A DNA stretch of 56,720 nucleotides from an uncultured Rickettsiales bacterium. Its GTDB lineage: Bacteria > Pseudomonadota > Alphaproteobacteria > Rickettsiales > 21-14-0-20-44-7. Location of the stretch: contig CAZJFC010000004.1 in the NCBI GenBank assembly GCA_964545245.1, positions 1 through 56,720 on the forward strand, in the 5' to 3' direction. The notes under the pieces were generated by a model. The model was given only the letters and a program-made list of their open reading frames with translations. It was not told the origin of the DNA and made no database searches. This document shows positions 21,314-30,782 of the stretch, piece by piece. Within the stretch, counting starts at the first letter, position 1. Every line of letters begins with the position of its first letter. Position numbers and translations under genes: made by a program.

Positions 21314-23209
21314 TTACCTTCCGGAGGCAAACGCTTCCGCCTGCCGTACAGGCACAGGAAATTCCCCGATCGTCTCCAAGAACATCTGGCCGTAACGCTC
21401 GATCTTCTTTTCACCGACACCGTTTATTTCCCTTAGTTCCATCAACGAGCGCGGCTTGACTGATGCCATCTCGTGCAGCGTCCTGTCGTGGAAGATCACA
21501 TAAGGCGGCAGGTTCTGCGCCTTGGCCAGTGTCAAACGCAGGGCTTTGAGCGCAACAAGCAAAGCCGCGTCATCGGAATGCACCACTGGCGTTTCCGTGC
21601 GCGGCTTCTTCATCGCCTTGGCAGGAACCGCCGCAAGCAATGCGCGTAACGCAAGCCTTGGTTTTTCCCGCAAAAACACCTGACCGGAGGGCGTTACCTT
21701 CAGGCCGCCATGCCCGGTGATATCCACCATAAGCAGGTTCTGCGCCGTCAGTTGCCGGAAAATACCCTGCCATTCCTGCTTGGAGAATTCCGTGCCAACA
21801 CCGAAGGTCGGAAGCCGGTCATGCCCGAAGCGCGCCATGCGCTCGTCGCTCTTGCCAGTCAGCACATTTATGAGATACGCGACACCGAAACGCTGCCCGG
21901 TACGCAATACGCACGAAATCGCCTTCAACGCCGCCACCGTGCCATCGAAGGTTTCCGGCTGTTCCAGACAGGTATCGCAATTACCACATGGCGAGGAAGA
22001 TTCCCCGAAATAGTCAAGCAACACCTGCCTTCGGCATCCCGCCGCTTCGCACAATCCTAGTAGCGCGTTCAGCTTCTGGTGCTCAACGCGCTTCTGGTTA
22101 TCGGGTGCATCACCGCCATCAATGAAGCTGCGCTGCTGCGCCGCATCGCCCATCCCATACAGCATCAGCGCTTCCGATGGTAAGCCGTCACGCCCGGCTC
22201 GTCCGGTTTCCTGATAATAGGCTTCGATATTCTTGGGAATACCCATATGAGCGACGAAGCGTACATCCGGCTTGTCAATGCCCATGCCAAACGCAACAGT
22301 GGCCACCATCACCAGCCCTTCCTCGCGCAGGAAACGCTCCTGATGCCGCTGACGCGTCTGCGAATCCAGCCCGGCGTGATAGGGCAACGCCGGGACACCT
22401 TCCCTGCATAGCCACTGCGCCATATCATCGGTCTGGCTGCGCGACAGGCAATATACAATCCCGCTTTCGCCCGCATGGCCCTCCCTGATGAAACGCAGAA
22501 CCTGCTGCTTCGGGTTATCCTTCACCGCGATGCGGTAATGGATGTTCGGACGATCGAACCCGGCAACGAACACGCGCCCGTCCTGAAGATGCAGCTTCTC
22601 CACTATATCCTTACGCGTCGGCGCATCGGCGGTAGCTGTCAGCGCTATCCTCGGTACACCGGGAAAGCGTTCAACCAGTAGCGTGAGCTGTGTGTAGTGC
22701 GGACGGAAATCATGTCCCCACTGCGACACGCAGTGCGCCTCGTCAATCGCAAACAGTGCAATACGGGATTCGGCCAGCAACGCCAGGAAATCCTCCATGA
22801 GCAGGCGCTCCGGCGCGACATATACCATATCGAGCGTACCATCGCGTATGCCGCACTTGGCCATTGCCACCGCTTCCCGCGGAAGGTTGGAGTTGATAGC
22901 CGCCGCCCTGACGCCCAGTTCCTTAAGTGCATCAACCTGATCCTGCATCAGCGCTATCAGCGGCGAGACTATAATCCCCACCCCGTCACGCACCAGCGCA
23001 GGAATCTGGTAGCACAGCGACTTGCCGCCGCCGGTCGGCATCAGCACGAACGCATTGCCACCGCCGCTCACATGGCTGATGATCTCTGCCTGTTGCCCGC
23101 GGAACCGGTCATAACCGTAGGTCTTTTTCAGTATCTCAAGAGCCGTATCCATGAATGTCATACCCATGTTATAAAACCTGTTTCCGCGGCTGGTAATGGT
23201 ATAAAACAA
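21314..23209 (-). CDS. recQ: ATP-dependent DNA helicase RecQ
   Basis: MPTGGGKSLCYQIPAL (Walker A), FAIDEAHCVSQWGHDFRP (DEAH box), a CGNCDTC zinc motif and a C-terminal HRDC-like region. The true start is probably an internal Met at about 23152-23167 (MDTALEILKKTYGY...). Confidence 0.93.
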   Translation of the reverse strand: MFYTITSRGNRFYNMGMTFMDTALEILKKTYGYDRFRGQQAEIISHVSGGGNAFVLMPTGGGKSLCYQIPALVRDGVGIIVSPLIALMQDQVDALKELGVRAAAINSNLPREAVAMAKCGIRDGTLDMVYVAPERLLMEDFLALLAESRIALFAIDEAHCVSQWGHDFRPHYTQLTLLVERFPGVPRIALTATADAPTRKDIVEKLHLQDGRVFVAGFDRPNIHYRIAVKDNPKQQVLRFIREGHAGESGIVYCLSRSQTDDMAQWLCREGVPALPYHAGLDSQTRQRHQERFLREEGLVMVATVAFGMGIDKPDVRFVAHMGIPKNIEAYYQETGRAGRDGLPSEALMLYGMGDAAQQRSFIDGGDAPDNQKRVEHQKLNALLGLCEAAGCRRQVLLDYFGESSSPCGNCDTCLEQPETFDGTVAALKAISCVLRTGQRFGVAYLINVLTGKSDERMARFGHDRLPTFGVGTEFSKQEWQGIFRQLTAQNLLMVDITGHGGLKVTPSGQVFLREKPRLALRALLAAVPAKAMKKPRTETPVVHSDDAALLVALKALRLTLAKAQNLPPYVIFHDRTLHEMASVKPRSLMELREINGVGEKKIERYGQMFLETIGEFPVPVRQAEAFASGR

Positions 23210-23473
23210 CCCTATGCGTGGATGCCTGCCGTTAAATTCGGCTGCCGGAAACCAAGCTGGGAAAGAAATTCAAATCTGCCGAAATTTAATGAGATAAGAA
23301 AACGTTACATAGCGGCATTGCGTGAAACAGATGGCAGAAATTGCGAGCCGCTGTTGGCATTTGCAGAATCGTAGCACACTAGTTTACCCTGAACTATAGT
23401 AAACAGTACGAATAGCGCCACCAGCAGCCCTCCTTAGGGCGCATAGACCAAATATCTCTAAACACTGGGAAAA

Positions 23474-23550
23474 TGGTGGGGCGAGAGGGATTTGAACCCC
23501 CGACCAAGGCGTTATGAGCGCCCTGCTACTAACCGCTGAGCTATCGCCCC
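23474..23550 (-). tRNA. tRNA with CAU anticodon (elongator tRNA-Met, or tRNA-Ile2 if lysidine-modified)
   Basis: The reverse complement is GGGGCGATAGCTCAGCGGTTAGTAGCAGGGCGCTCATAACGCCTTGGTCGGGGGTTCAAATCCCTCTCGCCCCACCA. It has a 7-bp acceptor stem, a CTCATAA anticodon loop, a TTCAAAT T-loop and an encoded CCA. The paired 1:72 position argues against an initiator tRNA. Confidence 0.9.
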
Positions 23551-23615
23551 AGCTAAAAGTCTGGATAGATAATAATCATGATTAAATCAACTCTTTTATG
23601 ACTTCTGAAGATCAA

Positions 23616-23927
23616 TCAGAGTACACCATCACTAATCATGACGTTAACACTTTGGCGGCAATAGTTATAACCGTTATACCAGGCAACTTCATATTGATAA
23701 TTGCCAACCATACTATCATCTCGTTTATAGCCATAAAAACTCTTATAAAAATGGTTCCCAAACACCGCATACCCGGTATGGCAACCGTCATCCCAACCTT
23801 GTTTATAGGCCGGATCTGCCCCCTCTGGAGAATTGGAACGTATCTTGTCGTACCACGGTATAGTTGGGTCAAAATATTTGCACCCGGAAATCGCTATAAC
23901 ACATAATACCAGAAGTGCTTTAAGCAT
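23616..23927 (-). CDS. Small lipoprotein, paralog 5 of 5
   Basis: Lipobox AISGC. Motifs are DPAYKQGWDDGCHTGY ... YEVAWYNGYNYC. Its start overlaps the stop of paralog 4 by 1 nt (TAATG). Confidence 0.7.
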   Translation of the reverse strand: MLKALLVLCVIAISGCKYFDPTIPWYDKIRSNSPEGADPAYKQGWDDGCHTGYAVFGNHFYKSFYGYKRDDSMVGNYQYEVAWYNGYNYCRQSVNVMISDGVL

Positions 23928-24244
23928 TAATCCATACCTCCGGTATAAAAATCATGAGTCTGCCATTTAGCGTTATAGTGCCTGCAATAATCAAAAGCCT
24001 CGTGCCACGCAGCATTATAATGTGGGTTGTGAAGCATTCTGTAATCCTGATAAAAATTATAGAACATTTTCTGTATAGCAGTGCCATATGCAGCAATCCC
24101 ACTTTGGCAACCATCTTCCCAGCCCCTTTTAAATTCAGGTGTTCCGGGGACATCAGTAGACATAAATAAAGGACTTGGACCAGACCACACACATGAGGTT
24201 CCTAGCAGAGCAACTATAATCAAAAATATATTCTTTATTACCAT
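23927..24244 (-). CDS. Small secreted protein or lipoprotein, paralog 4 of 5
   Basis: Signal peptide MVIKNIFLIIVALLGTSC with a non-canonical lipobox. Motifs are TPEFKRGWEDGCQSGI ... YNAAWHEAFDYC. Confidence 0.7.
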   Translation of the reverse strand: MVIKNIFLIIVALLGTSCVWSGPSPLFMSTDVPGTPEFKRGWEDGCQSGIAAYGTAIQKMFYNFYQDYRMLHNPHYNAAWHEAFDYCRHYNAKWQTHDFYTGGMD

Positions 24245-24759
24245 CCTCCCATCACTCCGCTAATACCGTCTTCATTACTTCCCATAAAGACGTTATCGCC
24301 ACCTCCCATTAAAGAATCAACCCCGCCACCGCCTAAAAAGCTATATCCCCGGCTTTCGGTTGATGCACCATAAAATGGAACTGAATTTGTCGTAGGATCA
24401 ACACAATCATCTCCCAGACCATCCAGAGAGCACCATGCTTCCATGTTACGGAATGAATAAGCGAATATATATGTCCGACAGAAATTCTCTGAATCCTTCC
24501 AAGCTTTGTAATATACCGGATTCGTAACCAATGAAGGGTTCTGGCGGAAAGCAAAAGTGGTACGGTAAAAATCGTTACCATGCGCCGCAATCCCTGTTTC
24601 ACATCCATCAAGCCATCCTTCCCTGAACTCTGCAGGGCCACCTTCCGGTGGCCCAGGCATAAATGGCGGTAAAGTTGGGCGAACGCCCCCAGTGCTACCC
24701 AACCCGCAGGAAACAAGTACCGAAAACACGCACATAAGTAACCACTTTCTCTTTCTCAT
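24238..24759 (-). CDS. Small lipoprotein, paralog 3 of 5, with a Gly-rich C-terminal extension
   Basis: I prefer the internal Met at 24759 (MRKRKWLLMCVFSVLVSCG, lipobox) over the track start at 24840. This gives an ATGA stop/start overlap with paralog 2. Motifs are PAEFREGWLDGCETGI ... YYKAWKDSENFC. Confidence 0.7.
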   Translation of the reverse strand: MRKRKWLLMCVFSVLVSCGLGSTGGVRPTLPPFMPGPPEGGPAEFREGWLDGCETGIAAHGNDFYRTTFAFRQNPSLVTNPVYYKAWKDSENFCRTYIFAYSFRNMEAWCSLDGLGDDCVDPTTNSVPFYGASTESRGYSFLGGGGVDSLMGGGDNVFMGSNEDGISGVMGGW

Positions 24760-25154
24760 AAAGGTGATTGCCCTGAATGGTTCCATTGCCTGTTGTAAAC
24801 GAAATACCACATGTAACAATAGTTCCAGGCATCCTTCCAAATTTGGTTATACATTACATTATTTGTGTAGCGTGGGTCCACATGAACACCACCTTGCTGG
24901 GTTCTGATAAAACTGTTACTGGCATAGGCAGATAATGCCGACTTACAGCCATCAGTATAACCCTGACGATATTCTGGTGGCCCGTAATCAACTTCAGTGT
25001 CAAGCAAGAGCGGTTTCGGGTTGTTGATTGGATCAACGCCACAACTAGCAAGCAACAGAACTGCAACCGCTACTACGACTGAATTAAGAGTATGCAGCAG
25101 AACTGCCTTATTCCGGCGCCCTATCCAACTCAAACTTGCAATAAAAATACCCAT
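24756..25154 (-). CDS. Small lipoprotein, paralog 2 of 5
   Basis: Lipobox LLLASC, then PPEYRQGYTDGCKSAL ... YNQIWKDAWNYC. Its 5' end overlaps the upstream paralog by 47 nt, so the start is uncertain. Confidence 0.65.
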   Translation of the reverse strand: MGIFIASLSWIGRRNKAVLLHTLNSVVVAVAVLLLASCGVDPINNPKPLLLDTEVDYGPPEYRQGYTDGCKSALSAYASNSFIRTQQGGVHVDPRYTNNVMYNQIWKDAWNYCYMWYFVYNRQWNHSGQSPL

Positions 25155-25419
25155 CTTTCCACGCTTTATAGTAAACAGAATCGTTTAATGCCTTATCTAC
25201 ATCATAATAAACTTCATTGTACATCAAGTTATAAAATCCTCCCCCAGAGGCCGTAGAGGCCGTTTTACACCCGTCAATTATCCCCTGCTGATAGTTGGGG
25301 GGACCATCAGGAGGAAAATTTGTAGCAAACATTGGGCCAGGAAACATGCCAACCGGACCGCAAGCCGCCATAGCCAATATTAGCCCCAATAGTGCACATC
25401 TAGCCATTGAATCCATCAT
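25108..25419 (-). CDS. Small lipoprotein, paralog 1 of 5 (unrecognised family with conserved Cys residues)
   Basis: Signal peptide with lipobox LAMAAC, then the shared motifs PPNYQQGIIDGCKTAS ... YYKAWKDGYFYC. Confidence 0.7.
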   Translation of the reverse strand: MMDSMARCALLGLILAMAACGPVGMFPGPMFATNFPPDGPPNYQQGIIDGCKTASTASGGGFYNLMYNEVYYDVDKALNDSVYYKAWKDGYFYCKFELDRAPE

Positions 25420-25470
25420 ACCTTATGAATATTGCAGTTTTGTGATATATAGATGCAATTTGATGATTAT

Positions 25471-26077
25471 CTAAGAAGAACATGAAACTTCTATATGTCT
25501 TGCCCACTCTGGGGGATCATTAGAATAACCATCAAATTCCTCTTGTTCTTCCGTTGGTATTCTCAATATTTTCAACAACTTATCGATCTCAGAATAATCC
25601 CTTTCATCTTCTGCCTTGCGTATAGCTTGTTCCGCAAGGTAATTACGGAGAATATATTTAGGATTAGACTTCAGCATTAACTCACGGTTTGGAAGGGTTG
25701 CCCTTTCTTTATAAAGCCTAAACCACGGCTCATAACTTTCAGTATCATCAAACTTATGGCTTAGTTCTTCACCTTTCGAAAATCTACGAAAAAAATTTGT
25801 ATAATCCACATTATTTATTTCCATTAAATCAAGCAAACTTTTTACCAGATGTATATCGTCCGGATGCGTATCTTCTAACCCCAGTTTTGCACGCATCAGC
25901 TCTAAATAATGCTCAGCAAGCACAGGCTGATATTTTTCAAGAATTTTAGCGACCTGCTCCAGAGGCAATAATGGCTCAAATGCCTGGGCCAATAGGCGAC
26001 GGAGCAACTTCACTAAAAAAGTTTTTCCCTAAACTGTAAAATCTACTTGCATATGGAAGATTGGCGACATCAAGCAT
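25471..26077 (-). pseudogene. selO: selO (YdiU/UPF0061 protein adenylyltransferase) remnant with an internal deletion of the catalytic core
   Basis: The 180-codon C-terminal part (...NPKYILRNYLAEQAIRKAE... ending HIEVSCSS) looks like the SelO C-terminus. In another frame, 26077-25976 encodes MLDVANLPYASRFYSLGKNFFSEVAPSPIGPGI*, which looks like the SelO N-terminus. About 270 codons between the two parts are missing and the parts are out of frame. Confidence 0.7.
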
Positions 26078-26094
26078 TTTTCTTAGTCTGCTTA

Positions 26095-27024
26095 TCATCC
26101 ACTCACTTCTAATGCTTTTATAATCGCAGGCGAGATAATCAAAGTAATAAGCGCAATCAACATTAAGGGTATAGTGTAAACAGCAATCTTGGCTGGCAAT
26201 TTACCAGCTTTTTCTTCTGCAAGCATCATTCTCGTCTGCCGGTAATCATCAGAAAGAACACGCAAAGTATCCACAAGGCTTGTACCAAATTTTTCTGATT
26301 GTAGTAGCGCAGCAACTAATGATTTAAACGCTAACAAGTCGGTCCGCTTACCTAAATTAAGGAGCGCCTTTTCCCGGTCATTTAGCATCGTCAATTCCAG
26401 ACGGGTTTTATTAAGCTCCTGCGTAATCTCAGGATGGCTATATTTTAACTCCTTGCAAACACGTGCCAAAGAGACATCAAGCGCCAAGCCAGATTCGACA
26501 CAAACTAGCAATAAATCCAGTGAATCAGGAAAAGAGCGCAGTAGAATTTTTTTCCTGTTTTCAATTGCACCTTGTATCCATAAGTGCGCACCAAATGAAA
26601 CCATCGCCGCTAGAAAAACTCCATTGGCTAAGATTACCCAAAACATCGTCCCTTCATGGGATTGCGCTACAAGATATATTAGAAAAAATATCGCAATTCC
26701 TATAATCCATCCAAAAGTAGAAAAGAATATATAATAACTTACAGCATCTGGAGACGCGGCTCCCGCCTGATATAGATGCAATTCTATACTTTCCCTGTCA
26801 TCACTGGCATTACGAAACGGAACCGTAAGACCTTCAAGCGCAACAGCCAAGGAAGAACGTTCTTGCTGATAATCCTGCTGTATCTCAATAAAACCTTCAT
26901 CTGTATCAGTTAAGCTTTGCACGCGCTTTTTTCTTAACTTATCCTCCCCCATCATCGATTTAGCTACTCTCAAGGTTAGCGTAAAAACGACTACAAACAC
27001 CAGTATAGCAATAACAATATTCAT
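26095..27024 (-). CDS. tadC: Tad pilus inner-membrane platform protein TadC (T2SS F-domain family)
   Basis: 309 aa and polytopic, with T2SSF-like helices. It lies last in the cpa/tad operon order and overlaps tadB by 1 nt. Confidence 0.8.
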   Translation of the reverse strand: MNIVIAILVFVVVFTLTLRVAKSMMGEDKLRKKRVQSLTDTDEGFIEIQQDYQQERSSLAVALEGLTVPFRNASDDRESIELHLYQAGAASPDAVSYYIFFSTFGWIIGIAIFFLIYLVAQSHEGTMFWVILANGVFLAAMVSFGAHLWIQGAIENRKKILLRSFPDSLDLLLVCVESGLALDVSLARVCKELKYSHPEITQELNKTRLELTMLNDREKALLNLGKRTDLLAFKSLVAALLQSEKFGTSLVDTLRVLSDDYRQTRMMLAEEKAGKLPAKIAVYTIPLMLIALITLIISPAIIKALEVSG

Positions 27025-27986
27025 CAGATGTCCAAATCAGTAAGTTTTTTTGTTATATATATTGAAGCTACAATCATAATCAAGGCAACAGTAAGACATA
27101 TATTCCCCGCTGTAGTCTCAAACAACGGATCAAGATATTCTTTTGAAGAAAATCTTACAAATGTCATCTGAAGCAAAGGAATAGCTGCAAAAATTTTTGC
27201 CGTTATCCGCCCTTCAGCAGTCAATGCATTGATCTTTAATTTTAGCTGTTTACGCTTACGAATTATCGTTGAAAGATTTGTAAGAACTTCGGCAAGATTT
27301 CCTCCAGTTTCTTGTTGTACGGATAAAATAACAACAAAGAAATTAACATCCATCAGCCCTATCCTGTCAGCCATTTTTCTTAATGCTTCAGGCATTGGCC
27401 GTCCATAGGATACTTCGTTAATCACTCTTTGAAACTCAGTACTAATAGGCGGTTCAGCATTCTGTGCTATAAGGCGCATCGATGAAATAAGCGGGTGTCC
27501 TGATTTTACACTCCTAACCATCATATCAATTGCATCTGGAAAATGATTAAGAAAGTAATCATTTCTTTTTTCCAGTTTTCGATTCAGCCTAGTGCCATTA
27601 TAATAGAGGATTGCAACCAATCCTATACATACCGCGTATAGTGGTGATTTCAGAAAATAAAATGCCAAAAAACTAACAACAATCCCCACCAGTAACAAAT
27701 AAAATAAGTGAGCACTAAAACTTGTAACATCTCCTGCTTGCTGGAGTTTTCGGTATATGTTACCAAAAAAAGGTACCCCCACTATTTTCTCAGCGAAGAC
27801 CTCTTCCCTTTTAGCAGCCAGCAAATACGATTCACTGTTCTCATCAGAAAAATCTCCCCGTGTAATATTCTCAAGGGATTTTTTTTGATACCTTGACGAT
27901 TTATCGGACAATAACCTTGACAGCAGAAGAAACACCACAACAAACGCAGCAAGAGTAATAACAAATAACAGGACCTTTTGATTCAT
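27024..27986 (-). CDS. tadB: Tad pilus inner-membrane platform protein TadB
   Basis: 320 aa membrane protein paralogous to TadC, located immediately downstream of the ATPase gene. Confidence 0.8.
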   Translation of the reverse strand: MNQKVLLFVITLAAFVVVFLLLSRLLSDKSSRYQKKSLENITRGDFSDENSESYLLAAKREEVFAEKIVGVPFFGNIYRKLQQAGDVTSFSAHLFYLLLVGIVVSFLAFYFLKSPLYAVCIGLVAILYYNGTRLNRKLEKRNDYFLNHFPDAIDMMVRSVKSGHPLISSMRLIAQNAEPPISTEFQRVINEVSYGRPMPEALRKMADRIGLMDVNFFVVILSVQQETGGNLAEVLTNLSTIIRKRKQLKLKINALTAEGRITAKIFAAIPLLQMTFVRFSSKEYLDPLFETTAGNICLTVALIMIVASIYITKKLTDLDI

Positions 27987-28053
27987 TTTAAGCTATTCTT
28001 CCACCGTTTTTTTGTATTATTGAGTCTACGCGCAAAATATCAAACGGCAAGAA

Positions 28054-29568
28054 TTATTGCGAATTGAACTCCAAACAGCGCTCCATTTCCTTGGTAAGGC
28101 CAAAATAATCGATTTGCGAGGCAAACCTTGGACGCAGTTTTGCCGACTTATACTTCCCACGAAGCCTACCATCCTCACCCATTTGTCCTGATTCGAATGA
28201 GAAAAGCTCCTGTAGCGAAATAACATCAGTTTCTATACCAACTACTTCAGTAATGCTGGTTACCCTTCTTCCGCCATCCCGCATACGCTGCACCTGCACA
28301 ATAAGGTCCACAGCGCTGGCTATCTGATGCCTCATGGCCGCAATGGGTAAATTAACCCCTGACAAACCAATCAGGTTCTCCAATCTTGTCAGACAATCTC
28401 TTGGTGTATTCGCGTGTATGGTAGCCATCGACCCTTCATGACCTGTATTCATAGCCTGTAACACATCTATAACTTCCTCTCCACGAATCTCACCAAGAAT
28501 AATACGGTCCGGTCTCATCCTCAATGCGTTTTTTAATAACGCACGCTGAGTGATGGCTCCTACCCCTTCCATGTTGGGTGGCCTAGTTTCCAAACGTAGT
28601 ACATGGGGCTGCCCTAACTGCAACTCTGCAGCATCTTCTATAGTAATGACACGCTCCCCTACATCAATATGCTGCGATAATGCATTTAACAGGGTAGTCT
28701 TACCAGAACCAGTTCCGCCGGAAACCAAAATACTTAGCCTACTGGCACCACAGATTTTCAGAAAATTACACATATTTTCTGACATAGAGCCCAAGCCGAC
28801 ATAGTCATCAAGTGACATCTTATTCTTTTTAAATTTACGTATCGAAACAAGTGCTCCATCAATTGCTAATGGAGGAATAATAGCATTAAAACGTGACCCA
28901 TCAGGCATACGAGCATCCACCATAGGGCTGGACTCATCCACCCTGCGCCCCACCTGAGAAACAATTTTTTGTATAATATTGATTAGATGATGCTCTCCGT
29001 TAAAATTCAGGTCAGTGATATAGATTTTACCAAATTTCTCTACGTACACCTGTTTTGATGTATTAATCATTATATCTGATATATCTGGGTCGTTCAGCAA
29101 TTTCTCCAACGGTCCAAACCCTCTTACATCATCTATAATCTGGCTCTTCATCAAATCTAACTGCTGCTGGTTTAAGGGCAGAGACAAATCGTCAAAAATT
29201 TTGATCGTAAATTGATTGATTTTATCAATTTGCTGTTCCTTAGGAAGGGAGTTAATCAAGCCAAAGTTAAATCTTTCAATAAGAACTTCAAATACAAGAC
29301 TTTTAGATTTCTTATACGCCTCTGACTCTAGCTTAGCATCTGTATAGATAAGTTTTTCGCGCACATCTTCCTGATTGGGTATAAATACACCACCCAATTT
29401 TTTAACAGACTGGCCTAAAACTTCAGCATTTGGAGCAAAATTCCCTATCGCAGCATTAGCAGGATCAGCATTTTGGAAAACAGGAATATCAGGTTTTAAT
29501 ACCTCGTTAACAGGTTTAGGCAAATCCTTATCTGTTTCTATCTTTTTTTTTCCGAACATTTTAATCAC
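28054..29568 (-). CDS. cpaF: Tad/Flp pilus assembly ATPase CpaF/TadA
   Basis: Walker [17 protein letters not shown], a VirB11/GspE-type secretion ATPase core (ITIEDAAEL ... [12 protein letters not shown]) and 504 aa. Confidence 0.92.
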   Translation of the reverse strand: MIKMFGKKKIETDKDLPKPVNEVLKPDIPVFQNADPANAAIGNFAPNAEVLGQSVKKLGGVFIPNQEDVREKLIYTDAKLESEAYKKSKSLVFEVLIERFNFGLINSLPKEQQIDKINQFTIKIFDDLSLPLNQQQLDLMKSQIIDDVRGFGPLEKLLNDPDISDIMINTSKQVYVEKFGKIYITDLNFNGEHHLINIIQKIVSQVGRRVDESSPMVDARMPDGSRFNAIIPPLAIDGALVSIRKFKKNKMSLDDYVGLGSMSENMCNFLKICGASRLSILVSGGTGSGKTTLLNALSQHIDVGERVITIEDAAELQLGQPHVLRLETRPPNMEGVGAITQRALLKNALRMRPDRIILGEIRGEEVIDVLQAMNTGHEGSMATIHANTPRDCLTRLENLIGLSGVNLPIAAMRHQIASAVDLIVQVQRMRDGGRRVTSITEVVGIETDVISLQELFSFESGQMGEDGRLRGKYKSAKLRPRFASQIDYFGLTKEMERCLEFNSQ

Positions 29569-30721
29569 CCACGGATTCTTGTTTCATTTCAGATATAGAG
29601 CTAGCTATCTCCAGAAACTGGCGGTTTAATACGCTGTTTCCAATTTCAATCGCAGTTTTCCCCTGATTCTCAGCCATTGTAATTGTTTTGCTATCGTTTG
29701 TTATATAGTGGGAGATTTTTTTCTTGCATACTGCAGCAAATTCAGCCGGGGTAATAGCTTCCTTAAATTTTGAACCGCTACGGTTAAGTATTAATGATAT
29801 CTTTGATGTAAACACACTGTTTGACTGCATGGCATCAAGAAACCTGGATGCATGCGTTGCCGACTTAAGCCATAATTGAGAAACAAGATAATTATGATCT
29901 ACTTCCTTTAGGACAGTGGCAACCCACTCGCTCCATATATGTGGCAAGTCCAAGATAACATATTTATATCTGGATTTTAGTGTATACAATAAATTACCTA
30001 TCATATTAGGTGTGATATTAGGCACGAACCTTAAATTCTTGGGAGCCGCAATCACACTAAGATTATCTTTGTACGGAATCGCAGTTTTCTCTAATAAGGT
30101 AAGATCAATTGAACCTTCAGGATGCTCGTAAAGTTCTCTGATGCCATAACTCGCTGGCAAATCTAAATCCCTTGCTAACATCCCAAATTGGTAATCCATA
30201 TCAACGATTACAACTTTCTGCTGCAGTTCTTTAGCTAACTGATATGCAACATTAAGGGCCACTGTAGTAGCCCCATCTCCTGATGCAGAAGACATAAACG
30301 AGATGATCTTACCACCCGCATTTGTCAAGGCAGGCTTTGGGTTTTCAATATTATTTCTAAAAAAGGCACCCTTAATATCCTGTATGCTTGCAGGTTTAGT
30401 AAAATATTCTGCCACACCTTTTTGTAATAACTGTCTATACAAATTTAAGTCATTTGTATGCCCCATTATAACAACTTTTGTATTCTCGACGCAGTGTTGC
30501 GCCAGTTCATCAATCTCAGGGATAGCCTCAGCCCCACGATTTCCTATATCTATTAATAAATATAACGGGATAAATTTATCATTCGTTGCTAAAAAAGAAA
30601 CAACATCAAGAGGTGTCCCGTGAATGATTTTTGGCTCAACGAAACCCATTTCCGCTGCTACATTATCAGCTAGCTCGGCCGACTCTACATCCTGCACAAC
30701 CGCAAGAAAACTCATAACCAA
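29561..30721 (-). CDS. cpaE: Pilus assembly protein CpaE/TadZ (receiver-like N-domain plus ParA/MinD-type ATPase domain)
   Basis: The N-terminal part is receiver-like (KVVIMGHTNDLNLYRQLLQKGVAEYFTKP). The C-terminal part is ParA-like (ISFMSSASGDGATTVALNVAYQLA). Its operon position is between cpaD and cpaF. Confidence 0.82.
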   Translation of the reverse strand: MVMSFLAVVQDVESAELADNVAAEMGFVEPKIIHGTPLDVVSFLATNDKFIPLYLLIDIGNRGAEAIPEIDELAQHCVENTKVVIMGHTNDLNLYRQLLQKGVAEYFTKPASIQDIKGAFFRNNIENPKPALTNAGGKIISFMSSASGDGATTVALNVAYQLAKELQQKVVIVDMDYQFGMLARDLDLPASYGIRELYEHPEGSIDLTLLEKTAIPYKDNLSVIAAPKNLRFVPNITPNMIGNLLYTLKSRYKYVILDLPHIWSEWVATVLKEVDHNYLVSQLWLKSATHASRFLDAMQSNSVFTSKISLILNRSGSKFKEAITPAEFAAVCKKKISHYITNDSKTITMAENQGKTAIEIGNSVLNRQFLEIASSISEMKQESVGD

Positions 30722-30782
30722 AATTCCTAATTTTACAGTATTTCTATACTAGTATGATGTTTAACAGAGAATAGTTAAATAT

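Noticed and set aside
21208-21420. A 70-aa minus-strand ORF spanning the recQ stop
   Set aside because: Its 5' two-thirds overlap recQ out of frame and look like noise. Only the last 35 codons downstream of recQ look protein-like, which is too short to call a gene. I mention it only as a possible relic in the recQ finding.
21570-23374. Long ORFs overlapping recQ on both strands (22697-23374 at 225 aa, 21710-22060, 22177-22488, 22645-22935 and others)
   Set aside because: They are high-GC artefacts inside a clearly intact recQ frame. The translations are Arg/Pro/Ala-rich with no recognisable domains.
23598-25188. Alternative-frame ORFs across the lipoprotein array (23598-23906 plus strand, 23636-23872, 23920-24192, 24333-24716, 24854-25066 and others)
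   Set aside because: They overlap the five paralogs that share a conserved motif and signal peptides. The alternatives have neither feature.
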